Shown piece by piece: positions 42,667 to 52,970 of a stretch of DNA of 64,000 nucleotides. This DNA comes from an uncultured Pelagibacteraceae bacterium (GTDB taxonomy: Bacteria > Pseudomonadota > Alphaproteobacteria > Pelagibacterales > Pelagibacteraceae): contig CACGBP010000002.1 in the NCBI GenBank assembly GCA_902571375.1, positions 113,986 through 177,985 of the forward strand, written 5' to 3'. Positions within the stretch are counted from its first letter, which is position 1, and each line of letters starts with the position of its first letter. The notes under the pieces were generated by a model. The model ran no database searches and was not told where the DNA came from. It saw nothing but the letters and a program-made list of their open reading frames with translations. A program made the translations under genes and the position numbers.

Positions 42667-43413
42667 TTAACGATCTACAATTTCTATTTTTTTTTCTTTA
42701 ACAAATTTTAAAATTTTTGAATTACATTCATCTATTTTCGACTGTTTTTCAGAACGTAGAACAATAGATACTCCTAATTTTCCTGCTTGAAAAAACGGAT
42801 AACTACCTATTTCAACATCTCTATTACTCATTTGTATTTTGGTTAAAGAACTTGCTATTTCACTTTCTACTGTTCTTAAGCTGATTGTGTGACTTAATAT
42901 CGGTTCACCTCCAATTATCTTATCCTTTAAACTCCCTAACATCGATTTTAAAATTGAGGGAACGCCAGGCAAACAAAAAACATTTTCAATATAAAATCCT
43001 GGTGCACCACTGGTAGGATTTAAAATTAAACTAGCATCTTCTGGCATCCAAACCATTTTTTGTCTTCCTTCATTAAACTCACCGGGTTTGTAGTAATTTT
43101 CTAAAATTTTAAATGCCTCCTTATGAATTTGATATTTTTTTCCAAAAGCTTTAGATATTGAAGATGCGGTAATATCATCATGTGTTGGACCTATTCCTCC
43201 ACTTGTAAAAACATAATCATATTTTTTTCTTAAGGTATTTACAGTAGTGACAATCATTTCTTCGATATCAGGAACTACTCTCACTTCTGAAACTTTTACA
43301 CCTAGAGAATTCAACCAAACTGCTAAAGTACCAGTATTAGTATCTTGAGTTCTTCCAGATAAAATTTCATTTCCAATAATAATTATTGATGCTTGAATAG
43401 TTTTATTATTCAT
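42667..43413 (-). CDS. Stand-alone CinA N-terminal/MoeA-like protein (COG1058 pyrophosphatase)
   Basis: IGNEILSGRTQDTN, GGIGPTHDDIT, PGVP; start moved to ATG 43413. Confidence 0.88.
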   Translation of the reverse strand: MNNKTIQASIIIIGNEILSGRTQDTNTGTLAVWLNSLGVKVSEVRVVPDIEEMIVTTVNTLRKKYDYVFTSGGIGPTHDDITASSISKAFGKKYQIHKEAFKILENYYKPGEFNEGRQKMVWMPEDASLILNPTSGAPGFYIENVFCLPGVPSILKSMLGSLKDKIIGGEPILSHTISLRTVESEIASSLTKIQMSNRDVEIGSYPFFQAGKLGVSIVLRSEKQSKIDECNSKILKFVKEKKIEIVDR

Positions 43414-43423
43414 CTGTAATAAT

Positions 43424-44191
43424 TTAGTTGCCAAATATTTTAGATAATAAAAAATCTAATTTATTTTTATACTTTATATTGTGATTATAAAATAATTTCT
43501 CCATAAAGTTGTGTGCTTCTAACCGTTTAATCCACCATTTTTTTGAAAATTTTTTTATATTTGACATTATTCCATCATCTACCTGTCTATAAGTAGTGAG
43601 GTTGTCGTGACAAATAAAAAAACTTTTATGTAAATTTCTTGCATAAACATTAAACCTAAAATCTATTTCTAAATTTTTATATTTATTAACAAAAATTTTT
43701 TTCAAAAATTTACTAAAAAAAACTTTTTTACAGCTTATACCGCTGGTTGGTATTATTGATGGCCAAATATTTTTTTGTAATTTTTTTTTATCTTTAAATT
43801 TTTTTTTATATTTTGTATATTTTTTTATTGGTAAATCAAAAACTGCATTAATACTTTTTTTTCTTAAAAAATGCTTCTTAATTATAGACAGCTTATTTAT
43901 ACTAAAATAATCGTCAGCATCTAGAAGACAAACATACTTACCCCTGGATTTTTGAAAAGCACTTTTTATCAGATCGATTTGATTTAATGCTGGATAATTG
44001 CTTAATCTTTTTTTTTTATATATTTTTATTTTTTTTCCAAATCTTTTTAATATTTTTAACGTATTGTCAGTTGAATAATTATCAAAGACTATAATTTCAT
44101 AGTCTTTTTCTTTTTGCTTAAGACATGAAGTTATACATTTTTCGATATATTTTCCTTTATTAAAACTGGAAATTAAAATAGAAAATTTCAT
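43424..44191 (-). CDS. GT2 family glycosyltransferase
   Basis: SILI...N..KYI..CI.S, D..STD.T, LDADD. Confidence 0.88.
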   Translation of the reverse strand: MKFSILISSFNKGKYIEKCITSCLKQKEKDYEIIVFDNYSTDNTLKILKRFGKKIKIYKKKRLSNYPALNQIDLIKSAFQKSRGKYVCLLDADDYFSINKLSIIKKHFLRKKSINAVFDLPIKKYTKYKKKFKDKKKLQKNIWPSIIPTSGISCKKVFFSKFLKKIFVNKYKNLEIDFRFNVYARNLHKSFFICHDNLTTYRQVDDGIMSNIKKFSKKWWIKRLEAHNFMEKLFYNHNIKYKNKLDFLLSKIFGN

Positions 44192-44217
44192 TACAAAATA
44201 TTTATTATAGTCACGTT

Positions 44218-44916
44218 ATGAAATTTACTGAAAAATTGATAAAAGGCAAATTAATCAAAAGATATAAGCGTTTTTTTGTGGATGTTAAATTAAATAAAGA
44301 AATAATTACTGCTCATTGTCCTAATACTGGTTCAATGATGGGTTTACTAAATGAAAATAATGATGTTTATGTTTCTAAAAGTAATAATCCAAAAAGAAAA
44401 TTAAAATATGGATTAGAATTAATTAAAGCTAAAAATAACCTGGTAGGAATAAATACTCACAAAGCTAATAAGATTGTAAATCATGCATTAGAAAATAATT
44501 TAATAACAGAATTAAAAGATATTGATCTTATCACTCCTGAGGTTTTTTTTAATAAAGAAACACGTTTTGATTTTTTAATTCAAAAAAATAAGAAAAAAAC
44601 CTTTATTGAGGTTAAAAATGTTACACTTTTTAGATATAAACAAACTGCTGAATTTCCTGATGCTGTAACAAGCAGAGGTTCAAAACATTTACTTACCCTT
44701 ATTGATGCCATAAAAAAAGGATATAAAACATATTTAATATTTTTAATTCAAATTGAGAATATGAAATATTTTAAAATAGCAAAAGATATTGATAGTAATT
44801 ATTACAAAAACTATCTTGTTGCAAAGAAAGCTGGAGTTAACTTTTTAGCTTATGGGTGTAAAATAAATGCTAATGAAATTTATATAAATAAGAGAATTAA
44901 AATTAAAGATGAGTAA
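44218..44916 (+). CDS. sfsA: DNA/RNA nuclease SfsA
   Basis: RYKRFF.D, AHCPNTGSM, R.DF, EVKNVT, FPDA...RG.KHL. Confidence 0.96.
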   Translation: MKFTEKLIKGKLIKRYKRFFVDVKLNKEIITAHCPNTGSMMGLLNENNDVYVSKSNNPKRKLKYGLELIKAKNNLVGINTHKANKIVNHALENNLITELKDIDLITPEVFFNKETRFDFLIQKNKKKTFIEVKNVTLFRYKQTAEFPDAVTSRGSKHLLTLIDAIKKGYKTYLIFLIQIENMKYFKIAKDIDSNYYKNYLVAKKAGVNFLAYGCKINANEIYINKRIKIKDE

Positions 44917-45682
44917 TTATAAAGAAAAATTTGAAAAAATGAGAATTGCAGGGAAGCTTGCTGCCCAAACATTGGATATGCTTACAGAATATATAAAAGA
45001 AGGCATCACAACTGATTATATTGATAAGCTTGGTTATGAATTTATTCGTGATAATGGAGGATACTCAGCTCCATTATATTATCGAGGTTTTAAAAAATCT
45101 TTATGTACCTCACTCAATCATGTTATTTGTCATGGTGTACCATCTGATAAAAGAATTTTAGAAGAAGGAGATGCAGTAAATGTAGATGTTACAGCTATTA
45201 TAAATGAACACTACGGAGACACCAGTAGAATGTTTTGCATTGGAAGAACTGCAATTAAATTAAATAATTTAATTGATGTAACTTATGAGTCTATGATGAA
45301 AGGAATCAAAATTTTAAAACCAGGAGTTAGACTTGGAGATATTGGAAATGAAATCCAAACCTACGTTGAAAAAAATGGATTTTCTGTTGTAAGAGATTTT
45401 TGTGGCCACGGAATTAGTACAACATTTCATGAGTCCCCAAACATATTACATTATGGAACAAAAAATACTGGAATGGAAATAAAGCCTGGAATGACTTTTA
45501 CAGTTGAACCAATGATTAATGCTGGAAATTATGATGTTAAAATGCTCAATGATGGTTGGACTGCTGTTACAAAAGACAAATCTTTATCAGCACAATTTGA
45601 GCATACAATAGGAATTACAGAAAATGGTTATGAAATCTTTACAGAATCTGCTAAAGGTTATTCAAAGCCTCCATATATATAA
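44909..45682 (+). CDS. map: Methionine aminopeptidase type I
   Basis: CHGVP, D.T.....GDTSR, GHG....HE.P, EPM, SAQFEHT. Confidence 0.98.
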   Translation: MSNYKEKFEKMRIAGKLAAQTLDMLTEYIKEGITTDYIDKLGYEFIRDNGGYSAPLYYRGFKKSLCTSLNHVICHGVPSDKRILEEGDAVNVDVTAIINEHYGDTSRMFCIGRTAIKLNNLIDVTYESMMKGIKILKPGVRLGDIGNEIQTYVEKNGFSVVRDFCGHGISTTFHESPNILHYGTKNTGMEIKPGMTFTVEPMINAGNYDVKMLNDGWTAVTKDKSLSAQFEHTIGITENGYEIFTESAKGYSKPPYI

Positions 45683-45685
45683 TTA

Positions 45686-46978
45686 ATGATTAAAAGATAT
45701 TCGAGAAAAGAACTTACTGATATTTGGTCAGAAGAAAATAAATACAAAATTTGGCTTGATGTTGAAATAGCTGCAGCACAAGCAATGGAAAAACTTGGTC
45801 AAATACCCAAAGGAGTTTCATCAATTGTAAGAAAAAAAGCTAAAATTAATGTAAAAAGAATTCATCAAATAGAGTCACAAGTAAAACATGATGTTATTGC
45901 TTTTTTAACTTCTGTCACAGAAAAAGCTGGAATTAAAGCTAGATACTTGCATCAAGGAATGACTTCATCAGATGTATTAGACACAAGTTTTAATATTCAA
46001 TTAGTTCAATCAGGAAAAATAATTCTCAAGGATTTAGATCAAATACTCAAGGTACTTAAAAAACAAGCTAGAAAATATAAATTTACTCCATGTATGGGCA
46101 GAAGTCATGGTATTCATGCTGAACCAATAACTTTTGGTTTAAAATTAGCTTCTTTTTATGAAGAATTTAAAAGAAATAGAAAAAGATTAGTTGATGCAAT
46201 TGATGAAGTCTCCATTTGTGCAATATCAGGTGCTGTTGGGACATTTGCAAATATTAATCCAAATGTCGAAAAGCATGTGGCGAAAAAATTAGGTTTAAGA
46301 ATTGAACCTATATCTACTCAAGTAATACCAAGAGACCGTCATGCTTTTTATTTTTCAGTTTTAGGAATTATTGCTGGTTCAATTGAAAGAGTTGCAATTG
46401 AAATAAGACATTTGCAAAGAACTGAAGTTTATGAACTACAAGAGTACTTCTCAAAAAATCAAAAAGGTTCCTCAGCTATGCCTCATAAAAAAAATCCAAT
46501 TTTAAGTGAAAACCTCACAGGTTTAGCAAGAATGGTTAGAAGTGCTGTTCTACCTGCTTTAGAAAATATAGCATTATGGCACGAAAGAGATATTTCACAT
46601 TCAAGTGTTGAAAGAAATATTGGACCTGATGCAAATATAACTACTGATTTTGCATTAGTAAGATTAACAAATATTCTAGATAACATGATTGTTTATCCTA
46701 AGAAGATGTTAGAAAATTTGAATCTCACAAAAGGATTAATTTTCTCTCAAGAGTTGATGCTCGAACTTACAAAAACTGGCCTAAGTAGAGAAAAATCATA
46801 CAAAATGGTTCAAAGTTACGCAAAAAAATGTTTTGCTGAAAATTTAGATTTGTTTAATGTAATCCAATCTGACAAGTACATAATGAATAAAATTCCTCAC
46901 AAAAAGTTGAGATCTGTTTTTAGTTACACTAAACATTTCAAAAATGTAAATCTAATTTTCAGACGAGTATTTAAATAA
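45686..46978 (+). CDS. purB: Adenylosuccinate lyase
   Basis: [20 protein letters not shown] signature. Confidence 0.98.
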   Translation: MIKRYSRKELTDIWSEENKYKIWLDVEIAAAQAMEKLGQIPKGVSSIVRKKAKINVKRIHQIESQVKHDVIAFLTSVTEKAGIKARYLHQGMTSSDVLDTSFNIQLVQSGKIILKDLDQILKVLKKQARKYKFTPCMGRSHGIHAEPITFGLKLASFYEEFKRNRKRLVDAIDEVSICAISGAVGTFANINPNVEKHVAKKLGLRIEPISTQVIPRDRHAFYFSVLGIIAGSIERVAIEIRHLQRTEVYELQEYFSKNQKGSSAMPHKKNPILSENLTGLARMVRSAVLPALENIALWHERDISHSSVERNIGPDANITTDFALVRLTNILDNMIVYPKKMLENLNLTKGLIFSQELMLELTKTGLSREKSYKMVQSYAKKCFAENLDLFNVIQSDKYIMNKIPHKKLRSVFSYTKHFKNVNLIFRRVFK

Positions 46979-47763
46979 TGAAAAAAGGTAAAAAACTTTA
47001 TGAAGGTAAAGCAAAAATTATTTATGCAACACAAGATAAAGATTTAGTTATTCAATATTTTAAAGATGATGCAACAGCATTTAATAATCAAAAAAAAAGC
47101 ACTATTGAAGGTAAGGGAGTATTAAATAATAGGATTTCAGAACATATTCTTTCAAACCTGTCACAAGTAGGAATTAAAAATCATTTAGTTAAAAGACTAA
47201 ATATGAGAGAACAAGTAATCAAATTAGTAGAAATTATTCCAATAGAGTTTGTTGTAAGAAATGTTGCTACTGGTTCCTTAACAAAAAGATTAGGCATCGA
47301 AGATGGTACAGTTTTGAAAGAACCTCTTATCGAATATTGTTTAAAAGATGATGAGCTTGGTGATCCGTTGGTTGCCGAAGAACATATTTATGCTTTTGAG
47401 TGGGCCTCAAAAAAAGAAATAGAAAAAGTAAAAAAAATGATTTTACGTATAAATGATTTCATGATTGGAATGTTTAGAGGAATTGGAATAAAGCTCATTG
47501 ATTTTAAATTAGAGTTTGGAAGAATTAAAATAGATGGCAAAGAGGAAGTTATTCTTGCAGACGAAATTAGTCCAGATACCTGCAGATTGTGGGACTCAAT
47601 TACAGACAAAAAATTAGATAAAGATAGATTTAGAAAAGATCTTGGTGATTTAATACCTGCATATACGGAAGTTGCAAAAAGATTGGGCATACTACATGAG
47701 CAGTCAAATGTATCTGCTGTTAATGTAACTAAATTATCATCAGTTAAAAAAAAAAATAAATGA
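46978..47763 (+). CDS. purC: SAICAR synthase
   Basis: [34 protein letters not shown]. Confidence 0.98.
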   Translation: MKKGKKLYEGKAKIIYATQDKDLVIQYFKDDATAFNNQKKSTIEGKGVLNNRISEHILSNLSQVGIKNHLVKRLNMREQVIKLVEIIPIEFVVRNVATGSLTKRLGIEDGTVLKEPLIEYCLKDDELGDPLVAEEHIYAFEWASKKEIEKVKKMILRINDFMIGMFRGIGIKLIDFKLEFGRIKIDGKEEVILADEISPDTCRLWDSITDKKLDKDRFRKDLGDLIPAYTEVAKRLGILHEQSNVSAVNVTKLSSVKKKNK

Positions 47764-48002
47764 AAGTCTCAGCAATAATAACTCTTAAAAAAGATGTTTT
47801 GGACCCACAAGGTAAAGTAATTCATCAAACATTGGATGGAATGGGTTTTAAAGATGTTAATGAAGTAAGACAAGGAAAATACTTTGAAATAGATGTTAAA
47901 GAAAATGATCCAAAAAAAGCAAAAGAAATCGTTGAAAATATGTGTTCAAAACTTTTAGCTAACTTAGTTATTGAAAATTATAAGATTATTGAGACACAAT
48001 AA
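47760..48002 (+). CDS. purS: FGAM synthase subunit PurS
   Basis: VLDPQG, VRQGK, LLAN.VIE.Y. Confidence 0.97.
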   Translation: MKVSAIITLKKDVLDPQGKVIHQTLDGMGFKDVNEVRQGKYFEIDVKENDPKKAKEIVENMCSKLLANLVIENYKIIETQ

Positions 48003-48005
48003 TTA

Positions 48006-48689
48006 ATGAAATCATCTGTAATTACTTTTCCTGGCTCGAATTGTGATAGAGACATGGATGTTGCTCTCAAAAAATTTGGATTTAATAATAAAATGGTATG
48101 GCATAATGACCATGAGCTTCCTAACAGTGACTTGGTAGTTTTACCAGGTGGGTTTTCTTATGGCGATTATCTAAGATGTGGAAGCATGGCTTCTAAATCC
48201 AAAATAATGCAATCAGTTATAAATTTTGCAAAATCTGGAGGCCTTGTAATGGGTATTTGTAATGGTTTTCAAATTTTAGTTGAAACAGGATTGGTGCCAG
48301 GTGTTTTATTGAGGAATAAATATTTAGAATTTATATGCAAAAATGTGTTTGTAAAATTAGACAATAAAAATAACAAATATTTCAAAAACTTAAATAAAGA
48401 CGTTTTAGAACTTCATATTGCTCATAATGAAGGGAATTACTTTTGTACAAAAGATCAATTAAAAGAAATTGAAGATAATAACCAAATAGCTGTCTATTAT
48501 TGCAATAATCTAGGTCAGATAGAAGAAAAGTTTAATCCTAATGGATCAATAAAAAATATTGCAGGTATTTTTAATAAAGAAAAAAATGTTTTAGGTATGA
48601 TGCCGCATCCTGAAAGAATGATTGATCAAAACTTATCAGGTGAAGATGGTTCATTATTTTTTAAAAATCTAATTAATAATATCAAATAA
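48006..48689 (+). CDS. purQ: FGAM synthase glutaminase subunit PurQ
   Basis: FPGSNCD, PGGFSYGDYLR, GICNGFQ, MMPHPER. Confidence 0.98.
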   Translation: MKSSVITFPGSNCDRDMDVALKKFGFNNKMVWHNDHELPNSDLVVLPGGFSYGDYLRCGSMASKSKIMQSVINFAKSGGLVMGICNGFQILVETGLVPGVLLRNKYLEFICKNVFVKLDNKNNKYFKNLNKDVLELHIAHNEGNYFCTKDQLKEIEDNNQIAVYYCNNLGQIEEKFNPNGSIKNIAGIFNKEKNVLGMMPHPERMIDQNLSGEDGSLFFKNLINNIK

Positions 48690-50881
48690 TGTTGGTAAAC
48701 GAAAAAGTAGCGATAGAACATGGTTTAAAAGTAGATGAATATAAAAAAATCTGTAATTTATTAAATAGAACACCAAACATTACTGAATTAGGAATTTTTT
48801 CTGCTATGTGGAACGAGCACTGTTCTTACAAATCATCAAAACTTCATTTAAAAAAATTACCCACTAAAGGAAAAAAAGTAATACAAGGACCAGGTGAAAA
48901 TGCAGGAGTTATCGATGTTGAGGATGGTGACGCAATTGTTTTCAAGGTTGAGAGCCACAATCACCCTTCATTTATCGAGCCTTATCAAGGTGCAGCAACA
49001 GGAGTTGGTGGTATCATGCGAGATGTGTTTACAATGGGGGCTAGACCTATCGCCAATTTAAATTCAATTCATTTTGGATCACCGCAACATAAAAAAACAA
49101 AGAATCTTCTTAGAGGTGTTGTTCATGGTATCGGTGGTTATGGCAATTGTATGGGTATTCCTACCATAGCTGGACAAACGTCATTTGACAGTTCTTATAA
49201 TGGAAATATTTTAGTTAATGCAATGACGCTAGGTTTGGTCAAAAAGAATAAGATATTTTACTCCAAAGCTGCAGGTTTAAATAAACCAGTTATCTATGTT
49301 GGGTCTAAAACAGGTAGAGATGGGATTCATGGCGCTAGCATGGCCTCAGCAAGTTTTGATGAAAAAATTGAGGACAAAAAACCTACAGTTCAAGTAGGTG
49401 ATCCATTCACAGAAAAGCTTCTTCTTGAAGCTTGTTTAGAACTAATGGCTGGAGACTCAATTATTTCAATTCAAGATATGGGTGCAGCTGGTCTCACCTC
49501 CTCGAGTATTGAGATGGCATCTAAAGGAAATTTAGGAATAGAAATTAATTTAGATAAAGTTCCTTGTAGAGAGTCTAAAATGACACCGTATGAGATAATG
49601 TTATCTGAAAGCCAAGAAAGAATGTTAATAGTTTTAGAAAACGGAAAAGAAGATATAGCTAAAAAAATATTTGATAAATGGAACTTAGATTTTGCAGTGA
49701 TTGGAAAAACAACTAATTCAAAAAATATTGAATTAATCTTTAATAACGAAAAAGTGGCAAATATACCAATAAATAATTTAGTTGAAAATTCACCAACGTA
49801 TGACCGAAAATGGAAAAAATCTAAATTACCTAAAAAGAACAAAATTAAAAAAGAAGTTGTTAAAAAACTTAAAATAAAAGATGTTTTGAAGAAAGTATTA
49901 TCTAGTCCAAATGTTTGTTCAAAAGAATGGATTTGGCAACAGTATGATCACACTGTTATGGGAGATACTATTCAAAAACCTGGTGGAGACTCTGGGGTCG
50001 TTCGAATTCATGGAACTAATAAAGCAGTTGCAGCTTCCATAGACTCTTCTGCTGTTTATTGTTGGGCTCACCCTCTCACTGGAGGAAAACAAGTAGTGGC
50101 TGAAAGTTGGAGAAATCTAATCTCAGTTGGAGCTACACCTATAGCAATAACTAATTGTTTAAACTTCGGGAGCCCAGAAAAAGAGGAAAATATGGGTGAA
50201 TTCGTAGAATGTGTTCAGGGAATTGGTGAGGCAAGTGAATATTTAAAATTTCCTGTAGTTTCAGGTAATGTATCTTTCTACAATCAAACCAAAGATGTTG
50301 GGATCAAACCAACTCCTACTATTGGGGGTGTTGGTCTTATCAAAGATTACAACAAAATGATTACTATGAATTTTAAAGAAAATGATAATTTAGTGTTAAT
50401 TTTAGGAAAAACTGAAGGTCATATAGACCAAAGTTTATTTGCGAGAACAATTTTAGATGAAAAAAATGGACCACCTCCTGAGGTAAATTTATTTAACGAA
50501 AAGAATAATGGTGAGTCATTACTAAATTTGATTGATAAGAATTTAATTAAGAGCGCACATGATATTTCCCTTGGTGGTATACTAACAGCAATAGCTAAAA
50601 TGTGTATTAAAGGAGATAAAGGTATAAAATTAAAAAGATCTAAGAATTTAATTAACGAAATTGAATATTTTTTTTCTGAGGATCAGGGTAGATATATAAT
50701 TGAAATCAACCCCAAAGATCTTAAAGAAGTAACTAAAATTTTGAATAAAAACTCTGTTCATCATGAGGAAATTGGAGTTATTATAGATAAAGAACTAATT
50801 ATTAATGAAAAGACAAAAGTTACAATTGACGAATTAAAGTCATATAATACAAATTGGCTAACAAATTATATGAGCAAATAA
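48689..50881 (+). CDS. purL: FGAM synthase subunit PurL (small type)
   Basis: WNEHCSYKSS, ESHNHPS, QDMGAAGL, SESQERM. Confidence 0.98.
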   Translation: MLVNEKVAIEHGLKVDEYKKICNLLNRTPNITELGIFSAMWNEHCSYKSSKLHLKKLPTKGKKVIQGPGENAGVIDVEDGDAIVFKVESHNHPSFIEPYQGAATGVGGIMRDVFTMGARPIANLNSIHFGSPQHKKTKNLLRGVVHGIGGYGNCMGIPTIAGQTSFDSSYNGNILVNAMTLGLVKKNKIFYSKAAGLNKPVIYVGSKTGRDGIHGASMASASFDEKIEDKKPTVQVGDPFTEKLLLEACLELMAGDSIISIQDMGAAGLTSSSIEMASKGNLGIEINLDKVPCRESKMTPYEIMLSESQERMLIVLENGKEDIAKKIFDKWNLDFAVIGKTTNSKNIELIFNNEKVANIPINNLVENSPTYDRKWKKSKLPKKNKIKKEVVKKLKIKDVLKKVLSSPNVCSKEWIWQQYDHTVMGDTIQKPGGDSGVVRIHGTNKAVAASIDSSAVYCWAHPLTGGKQVVAESWRNLISVGATPIAITNCLNFGSPEKEENMGEFVECVQGIGEASEYLKFPVVSGNVSFYNQTKDVGIKPTPTIGGVGLIKDYNKMITMNFKENDNLVLILGKTEGHIDQSLFARTILDEKNGPPPEVNLFNEKNNGESLLNLIDKNLIKSAHDISLGGILTAIAKMCIKGDKGIKLKRSKNLINEIEYFFSEDQGRYIIEINPKDLKEVTKILNKNSVHHEEIGVIIDKELIINEKTKVTIDELKSYNTNWLTNYMSK

Positions 50882-51111
50882 TGGCAATGGATTTAAAAGA
50901 AATTGAAAATTACATTAAGGAAGCATTTCCAAATGCCTCTATAGAAATTCAGGATTTGGCTGGTGATGGTAATCACTATTCAGCTACAGTAACTTGCTCA
51001 GAATTTGCAGGTAAAAGCAAAATAGAACAACACAAAATGGTGTATAACTCATTAAAAGGAAAAATGGGTAACGAGTTACATGCTCTAGCAATTAAAACAA
51101 AGGAAAAATAA
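50881..51111 (+). CDS. bolA: BolA/IbaG family protein
   Basis: GDG.HY, F.GK....QH..VY, ELHAL; start ATG 50881 overlaps purL stop. Confidence 0.93.
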   Translation: MAMDLKEIENYIKEAFPNASIEIQDLAGDGNHYSATVTCSEFAGKSKIEQHKMVYNSLKGKMGNELHALAIKTKEK

Positions 51112-51443
51112 TGGACGATAAAACTAAAAATATAATTCAAAACCATATCGACAATAATGATGTCTGTTTGTTTATGAAAGGAACTCCTGATGCACCACAA
51201 TGTGGATTCTCAATGGCTGTTTCTAATATGCTAAAAATTCTAGAGGTAAATTTTCAAGGTATTAATGTTTTGGAAGATCAATCAATCAGAGAAGGAATAA
51301 AAACTTACAGTGATTGGCCAACTATACCTCAACTTTATGTCAAAAAAGAATTTGTAGGTGGTTGTGATATTGTTAAAGAAATGTATGAAAATGGAGAATT
51401 AAAAACATTGTTAGACAATAAAGGAATTAAATATAAGAGTTAA
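51111..51443 (+). CDS. grxD: Monothiol glutaredoxin Grx4
   Basis: FMKGTP..PQCGFS, WPTIPQL, GGCD. Confidence 0.98.
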   Translation: MDDKTKNIIQNHIDNNDVCLFMKGTPDAPQCGFSMAVSNMLKILEVNFQGINVLEDQSIREGIKTYSDWPTIPQLYVKKEFVGGCDIVKEMYENGELKTLLDNKGIKYKS

Positions 51444-51598
51444 CATAAGATTGTTCTAATTTTTTTTGAAAAAACTTTCTTAATAATCAATTAAACTGAC
51501 TTTATTTAATTTCATCTCAATATAATCATAATCAATTTTATTTTATGATAGTATTTTTTGAATATATTTTTTTGATGTTCTTTTTATCAATCCTAATT

Positions 51599-52216
51599 TT
51601 ATCTAGAATAATATTCAATAACTAGATTAGGCTCCATGACTATTGGGTAAGGAACTTCTTCAAATTTTGGAATTCTTACAAATTTTACTTTTTTATTTTT
51701 CTCATCTTTTTGAATATATTCAGGCGTCTCTCTTTCTTTACTTGCTAAAGCAATATCAATGATAGCAAGTTGCTTAGACTTATCTCTAATTTCAATTGTA
51801 TCTTCCTCTCTAACTAAATAACTTGAAATGTTAACTTTCTTGCCATTAACTTTTACATGACCATGATTTATTAATTGCCTTGCAGAAAAAATAGTTGTTG
51901 AAAATTTTGCTCTATAAATTACTGCATCTAATCTTCGCTCTAACAAACCAATTAAATTTTCACTTGTATCGCCTTTAAGCATCGAAGCTTTCTTATAAAT
52001 ATTTCTAAATTGTCTCTCATTTATATTGCCATAATAAGCTTTTAATTTTTGTTTAGCTTGTAATTGAATCCCATAATCGGAGGGTTTTGAAGTTTTAGTT
52101 TGACCATGTTGTCCTGGTCCATAAGCTCTAGTATTAAAAGGACTTTTAGGTCTACCCCAAAGGTTCACTTTTAATCTTCTGTCAACTTTATGTTTAGAGT
52201 TTAATCTTTTTGTCAT
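51599..52216 (-). CDS. rpsD: 30S ribosomal protein S4
   Basis: PGQHG, KQKL, LE.RLD...YR, ARQL..HGH. Confidence 0.98.
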   Translation of the reverse strand: MTKRLNSKHKVDRRLKVNLWGRPKSPFNTRAYGPGQHGQTKTSKPSDYGIQLQAKQKLKAYYGNINERQFRNIYKKASMLKGDTSENLIGLLERRLDAVIYRAKFSTTIFSARQLINHGHVKVNGKKVNISSYLVREEDTIEIRDKSKQLAIIDIALASKERETPEYIQKDEKNKKVKFVRIPKFEEVPYPIVMEPNLVIEYYSR

Positions 52217-52228
52217 TTAATAGAGGGT

Positions 52229-52256
52229 TTTATAAACTTACTCATTATTTTGTCAA
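52229..52256 (-). promoter_or_regulatory. Putative rpsD promoter
   Basis: TTGACA-N16-TATAAA ending 12 nt before the ATG. Confidence 0.7.
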
Positions 52257-52970
52257 TCAACGTTTTTTACTCAAACTTGCAAATACACCTGATAATATAC
52301 GTGTTTCTTTGTCGGATAAGTCCATTTTGTAAAAAATATTTCTCAAGTTCTCAAGCATTTTTGATCTCTTCTCCTTAGGTCTAAAAAAATTTATTTCGTC
52401 TAAATTTTTAATACAAAGGCTTAACATCGTTTGAATTTCTTTTTTACTCGCTGATTTAACTTTTTTAGATTTTTCAAATGGAACGCTCCTTAATTTGATG
52501 ATACTCGCCAAATATTGGGCAATTATTATCAAACTATGAGATAAATTAAGTGATTTAAAATCAGGGTTAGTGGGTATTTGCAGAGTATAATTTGCATAAC
52601 TGATTTCATTATTTGATAAACCTGAAGCTTCAGAACCAAATAAAAAGCCAATTTTTTTTTTAAAATTTATTTTTTTTAAATCTTCTAAACTAATATGTTT
52701 AATGTTTTTATTTCTAAATCTTGCTGAAGTAGCTATAACAATGTCAATTTTGCTCAGAGCCCTCTCCAAATTATCATATTTTTTGCTTTGTTTAATAACA
52801 TCTTTGGCTCCAACAGATGTGGCTAAAATCTTATCATTTGGAAAAACCGGTTTAGGATTAATTAAAACTAATTTCTTAAAATTAAAATTTTTAATTGCTC
52901 TAGCACATGCTCCAATATTTTCTGATAGTTGAGGTTTATGTAGAATAAAAGAGATATTATTTTTATTCAT
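52257..52970 (-). CDS. trmJ: TrmJ/LasT-family tRNA 2'-O-methyltransferase (SPOUT)
   Basis: P...ENIGA.ARA..NF, TSAR, FG.E..GL.N.E, SLNL. Confidence 0.85.
   Translation of the reverse strand: MNKNNISFILHKPQLSENIGACARAIKNFNFKKLVLINPKPVFPNDKILATSVGAKDVIKQSKKYDNLERALSKIDIVIATSARFRNKNIKHISLEDLKKINFKKKIGFLFGSEASGLSNNEISYANYTLQIPTNPDFKSLNLSHSLIIIAQYLASIIKLRSVPFEKSKKVKSASKKEIQTMLSLCIKNLDEINFFRPKEKRSKMLENLRNIFYKMDLSDKETRILSGVFASLSKKR

Noticed and set aside
30437-44191. Prophage or integrative element at tRNA-Thr or tRNA-Leu
   Set aside because: No integrase, transposase or phage gene; no duplicated tRNA 3' end seen; the main island lies on the 5' side of tRNA-Leu
44218-44916. SfsA nuclease plus island methyltransferases as a restriction or defence system
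   Set aside because: sfsA sits in its usual housekeeping context beside map; the MTases lack DNA-MTase DPPY/NPPY or PCQ motifs
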